From assembly GCA_051362555.1 (NCBI GenBank), contig CM120641.1, positions 47,808,401 to 47,872,400 on the forward strand: DNA of 64,000 nucleotides, read 5' to 3'. Both the position numbers and the translations under genes were made by a program. This document shows positions 54,311 through 64,000 of this stretch, piece after piece (the first letter of the stretch is position 1; every line of letters starts with the position of its first letter). The notes below the pieces were generated by a model. It was given only the letters and a program-made list of their open reading frames with translations, ran no database searches and was not told the DNA's origin. This DNA comes from Lingula anatina. Its lineage: Eukaryota > Animalia > Brachiopoda.

Positions 54311-56815
54311 GGTGAAACCGCTAGCATGAGAACCTTGCAATCGTTTGTCACTTTTCCTTGCTTTGTCGTGGTTTTAAATCACATTTCAAAGCTGCACAAA
54401 ACAACTTTAATTATTTATTGAAAGGCTTCTTCACAATTTTGATGTACGTGCGGGAATAATGGCTGTTAGATTGGCAGTTTTACGCTAAATGGATCATAAA
54501 TAATGGACTCTTTTGCTAGCAACCGTTCATCCAAAACATGTGTGAGCAAAATTATGATTAAATATTTCTGACTTCAATAAAATTGTAAATACAGAAATAT
54601 AATAAGCCAAGATGTTGCAAAAGCTAGACTTCAAGAGATACAGAGAAAACATTTAACATTATTTCAGTCCTATTCGACAGGATATATGTTTATGCTACCG
54701 TCGGAAATTAGTTCCACGCAGATTTGACATTTTTCTAGGCGAGATGCCAATTCATATTCCTATAAAACTCACGGCCAACTTCCTAACTAAAAGAATATCG
54801 TGAAAACTGTAGCTTAATCCATCTGAAAACATGAGTATAGACATGAATGACTGAAGTCGTATCACTGCTTGTTGGTTGAACGTACTTTTTCAATGTAAAA
54901 TTAAAATGGAATAAATGAACTGTTATTTAATTGGTCACTGATTTGTTTGAAAACCCTATGCTGAGATTTCCAGGGTCAGATAAACAGTCCTGGAACCAAA
55001 AGTCTAATTGTATCCCCAAATTAGCATTGGTTTCTTTATTATTATAAAATTTATATAAAAGTGTTTGTGTGCATGAATTGAGAGGAGTCTCTGAGGTTAG
55101 TTTGCTGTCAAAAATTTCGTTTTTTTTTAATACAACACAATCACAATCACATATTTGTTAGTTGAAAATGTCATTTTATTGACATTTGTACTTTGATTTA
55201 ACACACAAATTACGAATTAAAAATACATACAGTTAAATATAATTATGTGAGTGATAACCGTGTAAGGTAAATCATTTACAAGTTTAAAATATAATTTAAG
55301 TTTCAAAAAAGATGGATTGAAAATGGTTAAATCATTTTATTGTGACCAACAAATTATAGTTTTATTCACGTACTGCTATAAGTCCTTTGAGTGCCCTTCA
55401 GGAGAATTAACTAGATATACATTAAAGATATACTAGATATACATAAACCGAGAATGGAAATAAGCAGGCAAACCTAACCTAACCCTACCATGTACGCTTT
55501 ATAAGTTGGAAGTAGAAACGAATTGCATTTTCTCTCAAATTGTCCTCTCTACAAGAGCAACACAACAGTCGTTTTTCAAGAAGCAACAAAACCACGTAAC
55601 CACGTAGCTCATTAACTCCCAGACCTAGCTAAAAGAGTTTTTAAAGCTCAAAATTTACAAAATTGCCTGCAAATTTGTGTATTTTGATAAAGATATCATT
55701 AGTTGGGCATGTTTTCAGAAGAATGTATTCTGTTCAGGCCACTGTGACGGTCTGGCGATAATCCTTTTAAAAGTTTACACTATACGTGAGATTCACAAGT
55801 TCAACTTGAGGTACCCTGGAAAATCGCCCAACCCTGCATTTGAGAAGTTTCTGAAATTATTTATTATGGAAATGAGAAGCCGTTGAATATTCAGCACAGG
55901 CCAAAATCTACACTCAGTTAATTGCACTGCTATAGTTTTTTGATATAGTATACAGTGTAACACATGATTGTTTTATATTACTTCATAATTATATAATGAA
56001 CAGTGTTTTTATATAATATCTATGATATGATTGATATCTGTAATATGGTGTACACTGCACCCAGAAACACGCGGTTTATAGGATGCAATAAACTTTCTTC
56101 GCTGTATAAAGTAGGGGAAAATGTTGAAAAAGCTGAATAAAGTAAGGTAAAAATGGCGAAAAAGTTGTATTATCTCGGTGAAAATGTTGAAAAAGCATAA
56201 ATTATTCAATGTTGTGATATTCGTCTAGTTGAACTACCTCAAAGTGCTAGTTTCGGTTGCGGATGTTTCCATTATTGATGTTAAATGCTATCCTGGTTTT
56301 ATTTTGCGCAGCTGTTGTAATCGAACCGGTGCTTATTAGTCCTGGAAACTAAATGTAGGGTAATTTGCATGGCGCGACACCGGAACCACGTGTTCAGCCG
56401 TGTCACGCTAACCCTGAATCCATGTTCAGTATTAGTCATTCTTTATCTGACACGCTTGTCAATGATACCTTGAAATGTCCAAACATGTACCTGAGTTAAA
56501 TATGTGCATGTACACACAATGGACAATAGAAGTGTCACCCCTACTGAACCAATACTTTGGGGGAGATAAATGGCTGTGCTTCTGGTATCATTTTATTAAC
56601 ATCAAATTTCACAAAGAGACCAACAATACAATTCCATGGTACAGCAGTTTTATACTCATTAGTCACATTATAAGTAGACCAGGCATTATAACTTTGATAA
56701 CTCTGATTCAGGGGGTGACACTTCTATTGTCCAGTGTGTGTACACTTAGCAAAAAGCGGTTTTTATACAAGTAATATATCAGTTTCCAGTTATCGTGTCT
56801 GCAATAGGCATCAGG

Positions 56816-57250
56816 TATTACCTCGGCCAAGGGTTATGTGTATTGGTTTCGTTTGTCTGTCTACGTGTTAAAAACATTATGCAAAAAAAAAAAAAAAAAA
56901 AAAAAAAATGGAATGATTTGATGAAATTTTCAGAAACTAGCAGGAGGGGTTCAAGTAACAAACGATACGACTTTGGGTGTAATTAATAAATTAAGTCTGT
57001 TTGTCTGTTTGCAACATTTTACAAAAAGATTAGGAAGGCTTTTGATGAAACTTCAGGATGGGTTGGGAATTGGCTGAACATTGGTGTTAATTAATTGATT
57101 TATAGCTTTAACTAATTCAATTTATTAATTGCTTAATTAACTCAATTAATCATTACGCGAATTGAATTAATTAATTATTTAATTGAAGATAAATATTAAA
57201 GAGAATTGAGGTGCCTTGGCGGAGTCTGCGCCTTCTGAGTGATTTCAGTT
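56816..57250 (+). mobile_element. Second family of non-autonomous Helentron/HINE-like element
   Basis: 5' TATTACCTCGGCCAAGG followed by gtttgtctgtct microsatellite-like tracts. 3' subterminal inverted repeat CCTTGGCGGAG followed by a short tail (ctgcgccttctgagtgatttcagtt). Confidence 0.55.
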
Positions 57251-58028
57251 TCTTCGATTTTTAACTAACCACCAGGCGTTTCCAAAGCTTGGTGTTGATA
57301 GTTAGGTACTAATACTTATATCGGGAATATTTAAGGTGTATCAAATCCCTTTATTGGCGTAATTTTTTATTAGAATACACTATTTCTTGGAATGCCTGTC
57401 ACTAACTCACTATATTACTAAAAACGAGGATCGATCATCGTTGATATATTGATATCAAAAGCTTTATCATCTATTTATTAAATTCCATGGACTTTTAATT
57501 TTTTTCAACCTGAGCGAACATGCTTTCTGTTATATGTCTATTTCTACTAGTTATGTCTCTCGTCAGACAAATCTCTCTGTCTCTCCAATGGAAATGTGTT
57601 TAACTTCACCTCTAGCACAATACTGGGTCGTAACAATGTGGCAGAGACTCGAGAGACAGGATACACGCTAAAAGCAACTCTGTATTAAGGGATCTTATTT
57701 GACTGTCTTAATATCATCGGTCCGTCTCCTTGACACTCAGGGCTTAAAGATTTGTTTGTATTCCGCCGTTGCGATTACCAAGGTTACCAAAATTGGTATG
57801 ATTGAAAATAACTCCTATGTCGGTTCGCAATGGTACATGCCAGATCTGTCTATTGACGTAAGAGGGATATCAGCGCAGATATCAGACCAAGAAGTGTCAA
57901 TATATTCTTTTGATTTGAAACAAGAGACCCTTTGTCAAGAAGATGCCTTATCTAAAGAGACGAGCCCTTCACATCCCATCAGACGAGGGCCAAGTAGTTT
58001 GTTCACATATGTCGTCTCACTGAAAAAT

Positions 58029-59267
58029 ATGAAAATTTCAGCGAAATTGTTGTTTTTTATTTTTGCCATCGGATGCATATCTGCCCTTCCGGAGACTGAA
58101 ACGGAAATTCAGGAACTAAAAAGAAAAGTAGACCAGTTGTATACCGTGGTCAGCCAGTTACAAATGAAGATTATGACACAACCAGGTGAAGGTTTTAATG
58201 CTTGCTGGTAGAACTGTCATAGTTACAAAAGGATGTGTACAATAGCTAGTTTGTTTTGAAGCAAATGAAATACACATTTTCAGGCTCTCAAGGTATTTTT
58301 TCCTTAGGAAATAGTTTTATTTCAGTGAGTTGCCCAGCCGGTTACATGAAGTTTCAGGGGTCTTGCTACATGTTTGTGAGATATTTAATGAGCTGGGCCG
58401 ATGCAGAGACGAACTGCCAACATTTCCATGGCAACCTGGTGACCATCCAGAGCGCAGCTGAACAGGAGTTTCTCACCGATTATATCACCAGAAATGGCGG
58501 TAAGAAGGCGAATCGTGCATGGAAGAGGTCTTCCATGTAATGTTTTATACTCAGAATTCCACAATCCGATGTAACAAAAAGCATTTTCAGTTCTTTTGTC
58601 TTTAGAACAGAAAACTATTTATACAGTATTTGTTCTTGTCTTCAGAAACCTATTCAAAATTCGTGAGATGTCAAAAACGAGTTTACGTACTGACACTTTT
58701 AACGTTCGTAAAAACAATTGAAATGTAAACGTTCGTCGAGACTATTACATGTATAAACAATTGTTCTACATTTTATAAATAACCTGTTGATTTAATAAGA
58801 TATTATAACCAAGCAGCAATCCAAACTTTTTAATTAATTGCCAATCAAAACATACAATTTTGTACATTCAGTTCTGTATCCAGATAAGGGGTTCTGGACT
58901 GGAGCAATTGACAGAGGCGCAAACGGCATGTTTAGATGGACAAAAAACAATAAACTGATTCAAAATGAAGGAGGTGAGATTTTTGATAACTTAGACCTAA
59001 AATAGTTTTCAGAGGATAGAGGAGAGGGGTTGGACAAAAAATACGGGGGTGATGATTAAAAAAAATATTACAAATATTCACGTTTGTAGTTGTTACAAGT
59101 TCAATGTTTTATTTTTTTTTCCAGATTTTCTGGGGTGGGATTACTTTGCTAGAGATGTCAGTGAATCTGGCCAGGACTGTCTGGTGATGTGGCGTGACCG
59201 GGGTTATCTCTGGCATGACCACAGATGTTACGAGAAGATGCACTCTGTCTGTGAAATAGAGAAATGA
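58029..59267 (+). CDS. Secreted C-type lectin (perlucin-like) with short coiled-coil neck, 191 aa, 4 exons
   Basis: Exons: 58029-58185 (MKISAKLLFFIFAIGCISA + IQELKRKVDQLYTVVSQLQ), 58326-58499 (CPAGYMKFQGSCY...SWADAETNC...LVTIQSAAEQEFL), 58872-58973 (FWTGAID...FRW), 59125-59267 (W...DCLVM...WHDHRC...VCE*). All introns GT-AG, phase 1. Confidence 0.9.
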
Positions 59268-60195
59268 TTCTAAGGAAGATTAAACAATTCGCTTGATTTG
59301 GTTAATTTTTAACTACCGAGAGAAGGTGCACCCCAATATAAACATAGTAACGGTAAAAACGAAAGTCGATGAACAGTAGAAAAAAGGTAAACAAAAATCC
59401 ACCTGATTTCGTTCATTCTTTTTACTGCCGCGAGAAGGTGTGAAATATGCAACGACAAGAATTTAAGTCGATGGACTGTATAAACAATAGTAAAAAAATA
59501 ATTTGGTTGATTTGATTTTGCTTATTCACATGAATGTTGAAAGATAAATAAAATGATTTTAATTGATGACTCTTAACTTTGTGTTCTTTGTTTTAAAAAG
59601 TCTGAGTTAAATGCTTGTGTTCGTCAAAGTTTGAGACCTAAAAGTCATCGGCTTCTTTGTTAGTTAACACGTAAGTTGGAATTGAAATTAAATTTCAGCG
59701 ATTGCAAAGATGTGTATGTTACCCACTTTTGGGGATTGTCGATTATCTGTTTAAAAGATATATTGGTGCTCGCAATGATGCTGTGATCGTTCAAATGTTA
59801 ATGACATGCGTTAACACAGTCAGTTACGTGGTTACGTGGAAGAGAGACCAATTATTTACGACAGTTTTACATCATAGGATACCATTACATAACGGCAAAT
59901 ATGCAAGTAAGTGTTATTTAACAAAGTCATTATAATTACAACAGAAGATATGATTGGCAAAATTAGCACTATTTATTGTTTCAACACAGGACTGGCATCG
60001 ATAATACAAAGTTTTGAGACATATTAACTGTGAGATATAAGCTTAGAGACAATAGAAATCAGTCTTTGGAATGAAAGCCTTTGAAATATTGCAGAAATTA
60101 GCTACTATCGAAGCAACCAAATGGATAAGATATATATGACCCCGTTCAAATCAACCGCCATATTTATTCAGACACTCCAATGTTAGTGATCAGTC

Positions 60196-63100
60196 TTAGT
60201 AATTCTTCTCGCACACGAAGCCATGGGACGCGCCACAAGCGACTCTCACCAGATTTAAGTGGTTTGTACCATCCATGAGGACGCAGTGGTGAGCATGATC
60301 TCCAGTGACGGTGAGGTTGACAGAGTGACCATCTCCCGCCCACATCAAAGTACCGTGGTTGGCCAGGTCATTACCGCTCACCCACCATTTGGTGATGCCT
60401 GAAATAGAGTACCAGCGGAATTGTGAACAATTTACCTACATATAATCTTCATCGAAAGCACAGAAAAACAGCAGATAAATAGCAGATAGGAAAAATAAAA
60501 ATATTCTCTCCCAAACTTAAGTGGGTTGGGGGACATGCCTGAAACTGGTTAGTCATACTTCCGTTCTTCTTTCTGTCCGTCCGTTTAGGCCTACAACATT
60601 GTCCGGTGTGACAGGAATGGTAGTCCTAGGAATGAAAGTCCGGGGTACCTTATGATGAGTACATGTTAAGGTAAGCCGGACTATCGGAGTCAGTATATGA
60701 GACAAATGGCACTTGTTCAAAGTAATGGACAAGGGTTCCTAGTGGACTACCATTCCTGGCACACCGGCCATCTCCCATCTTCTATCAAGGTCAAGATCAA
60801 GTTTTGAAGTTTTGAAGGAAGGGAGACCTACCTGCGCCGGTTGCTTCCTCAGAGGAGAAAGTTTGGTTCTTGATGTAATGGTGTTCCTCCGCCGTGTTCA
60901 CGGACGCCAGACGTGCCCCATAGAGAACGGCGCAGAGTCTGTCTGCCTCGGGCCAGTCCACCGCCGCTGGGACGGCCTTGTAGCAGGACCGAAACTCGTC
61001 GTTCCTCGTGAAACAGCTTGGACACGGGTCAACTGGTGAATATCAAAATGACTTCGTCAAACATTAAATTTACAATTTCAATTTATTTCTGTACTGGTAC
61101 ATAAATGATCATGATCTTGCCCAATATAATAAAAACAATCGAATTTGGTGCAATACCATTCTTTTATTGGTAATTGGATTGCCAGTTTGTGAATGTACAA
61201 GTATATATCTTTATAAATATAAGGAACAGATTTACTGCTTTAGTTACTAATAAAATATATAAGCTAGGCGGTGAGATCCAGCTTCTTAGTGTGATTATAG
61301 ATTCACCATAGACACAAACAATCATTAAACTAACAACCATGAACTACGTCAAATATTTTGCTGATTGAAAGGGCTTCAAAGACAATAACGTGGACCTGGA
61401 GTCTACCTGTCGTATTACAAGTGTATACCAATCGATTAGCTCATTCTTCGTTTTGTTTGATACAATTATTAATATGGCATTCAAAATATAAATAATGTAC
61501 ATTATTTAACATTCTTTATGTAAGCATTAAATAGTTGTTATCCAACACTATGTTTGCAAACATATTGTGAATAATGAAACTCCAAATGCATTCACAGTTG
61601 TACCTTCATAAGATAGCAGATGGTTATTTGTGTAGTTGATGAAATAGAAATATGTGAAATTAGTTCTTCTGATAACATATGATTTTATGTAATTTTAGAG
61701 AGTTAAACGTAAACTTACCGTTGCATCTTTCATCTAATTCAGTCAGTACCTCGTTGGTTTCCAACAAGCTTGCAATAGCTTTCTCGATAGCCGCGTGTTG
61801 AGCGTCCACTATCCTGTCATTGCTCTCCTGTTCGGGGCACGACAGATACTCGACTGGAAAAAAAGCCAGAGAGTAGAAGCAGTTCTAGCACGTACATGTT
61901 TCACACTATCCCATAGTCTATCAGCGAACCCGAACAATTCCGTTATCTTACTGCCTAAATGGTATAAATGATAATCTTGAGAATCACATTTTACAAGTTA
62001 GGTGTTAGGTCGGTCTCACTCTCTCTCTCTCAATGAACAATTGAATACATTCGTTTTACCATTTCTGCAAGCAGTCTGTACCATGTCCTCTGTCCGAGCG
62101 ATCAAATCTTCAAAGTCTTCAGTGGTGAAGACATATCTCTCGTAAGGTTCTGAGGCAATGTCCTCCAGGTTGTCTCTGAAATATTAGAATTCTTTGTTTA
62201 GATATCTTAGAAACAGGAACTGGCAAAATAGTTTACAACCCCCCCCCCCATTAATTTTTCTCCTCATTTTTCACTGTTGTGCTAGTAAAATCAGACTTCA
62301 ATGGATCTGAATATTTTACGTACCTCCTGATGTCGTCCCCGACTCCTATAGCCATGATTTTGACGCCGTCCGCCTTCAGTGCATCGGCATTCGGGATGGT
62401 GGCTTCTTTGTCTGAGTTTGGTTTACCATCGGTTATAACAATCACCATCTTAGCGTCGGTCTCATTGCGTTGGTTTTCATTAAAGAGCTCGTGGATGACC
62501 GCCAGCCCTCCGGAGGTGTTGGTTCTCGTGCCCAGCTGATATTTGAATGAACGGTCCGCCATCTCCCCGACTTTGTCCAAGACGGCTTGCTTGTCTGTAA
62601 GCGAAAAATACGTTTATAAGATCAACATGGCAAGAAATTATTGTAAAACCAGGTTCAGTGGTAGCCGGGTTTAGCATCACGTTGACCTCATCGTTGCCCT
62701 GTCATCTCCCTCTTCCCCCCCTGATTTTGACACCAAGCTTCTACATGTGATATAAACTATAACGAGAGGAAAGGCTGAGTCCCTGTCCATTTTAGTCCTA
62801 TTCCTTTTGGGAAGGTGTTTATATAACTTCTGCACTGGTATTGAGGTGCTATTATTCGATGTTTGATTCCATTTTAATTCAATACTTTAGTTTAAATGAC
62901 TGGCCAAATAGAACGACATCTACCGTCACACACATTGCCTCGTTTTCACACAAGAGAACCTCTAAATTATATTCATTTTGGCAAGGAAAACCCGTGGACA
63001 GCATCTGTAATGAGTTAGTAAAACGCCACTACCAGACAAACTCACCTGAATATTCATCAAAGGCGAAGTATCTGGTCGCTTTGACACTGAAGTAAACGAG

Positions 63101-63667
63101 GCCGAGGCGCACACGCTCGGCACCAACGCCGAACCTGCTGATAAAATCTTGAACAAAGCCGACCACTTTCTTATAATTCATGAAGCCCACGCTCTTGGAA
63201 GCGTCCAGCAAGAACGCCATGTCGATCTTATCTTCTCTGTCGCAAGTGACGTGGTTGGCTGGAAGTATGGTCAATTTTCAAACGTTTTTTTTTTATTATT
63301 ATTCTCAAAGATTTGAACGATCCAATTCATTTCATGGGGACATTGCTGCCATATGATGAGATCATAAATAGTGAAACAGTATATCAGGTCAAATTTCACT
63401 AAATGGTCGAAAACATAAACCAAATATCGGACGCGACATATTAATTCAAACAAAACATAAAGTGCCCTTATTTGGATAGCGATTCCACATTTTGCAGCTA
63501 CATGAATGTCATTTTAAAAAGACTTTTTTTAGGTTCACATTCTGAACAAAATTACATTCCACGGCATAGGTTAAACTAATTAAGTTACCTGATGAAGCCT
63601 CCGAAGTGGAGCCCACCACTGCGATGGCGCAGTAAAGAAGTACCGCAGAGACCAACAACACTTTCAT
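60196..63667 (-). CDS. Secreted VWA + coiled-coil + C-type lectin-like domain protein, paralogue 2 (405 aa, 7 exons)
   Basis: Exons: 63667-63589 (MKVLLVSAVLLYCAIAVVG), 63258-63046 (IDMAFLLDASKSVG), 62594-62324, 62175-62060, 61853-61719, 61032-60832, 60398-60196. Internal exon sizes (213/271/116/135/201) match paralogue 1; total 1218 bp, open throughout. Confidence 0.9.
60606..60764. mobile_element. MITE, family D, in the intron of VWA-CTLD paralogue 2
   Basis: TIRs GTGTGACAGGAATGGTAGTCC / GGACTACCATTCCTGGCACAC. Confidence 0.65.
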
Positions 63668-64000
63668 GATGAAACGCTGAGATGTTGCAATCGAGTGTCA
63701 CTTCTTGTCTTTTTGTCGTGATTTTAAACAAAATTCCACACCTACGCTAGTATACCGGCTGAGGATTGATCGCTTTATTTTTTGCATTTGTGATGCACAA
63801 CCAGGATTGACGGTATTTAGATAAGTTGGCCTAATCACATTAATTTTTTATTTTGACATAAGTTGTTAAGTCGAGTGCCGCTATAATTGTACAAGTTCTA
63901 AGTGTAAGTAATCAACTTGAAAGCAATCAGCGTCAACTAAAAGCTCGGATGTGCCCAAAGATTGTACACAAAACCAATTTAAATCATTCAAAATATATTA

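Noticed and set aside
57699-58028. 110-aa N-terminal extension of the C-type lectin ORF
   Set aside because: It starts at a non-ATG codon, and the signal peptide begins at ATG 58029. The upstream part is likely promoter or 5' UTR.

Overview
This is eukaryotic (metazoan) genomic DNA with spliceosomal introns. The gene and repeat content suggests a marine invertebrate, possibly a mollusc or other lophotrochozoan, but the taxon is inference. The left half (1 to ~34.6 kb) holds the 3' part of a BCL11/CTIP zinc-finger gene: coding exons 16878-17303 and 26482-28889, large introns, and a probable ~5.7 kb 3' UTR. Its introns carry Helentron/HINE-like elements, one with a ~15-copy 146-bp satellite, and a 416-bp (GT)n tract. 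The right half (~35-64 kb) is a cluster of genes for small secreted proteins, which I spliced by hand. It contains two tandem paralogues of a prepropeptide I do not recognise (signal peptide, acidic pro-region, RxRR furin site, 91-aa mature peptide with mirror-symmetric six-Cys spacing and a C-terminal GK amidation signal). It also contains a TIL-domain protease inhibitor, two 7-exon paralogues encoding signal-VWA-coiled coil-atypical CTLD proteins, a 4-exon C-type lectin, a decayed three-exon pseudogene fragment, a 74-bp satellite and several MITEs. The six-Cys amidated peptide pair is the best candidate for an undescribed system, possibly an antimicrobial or cytolytic family.
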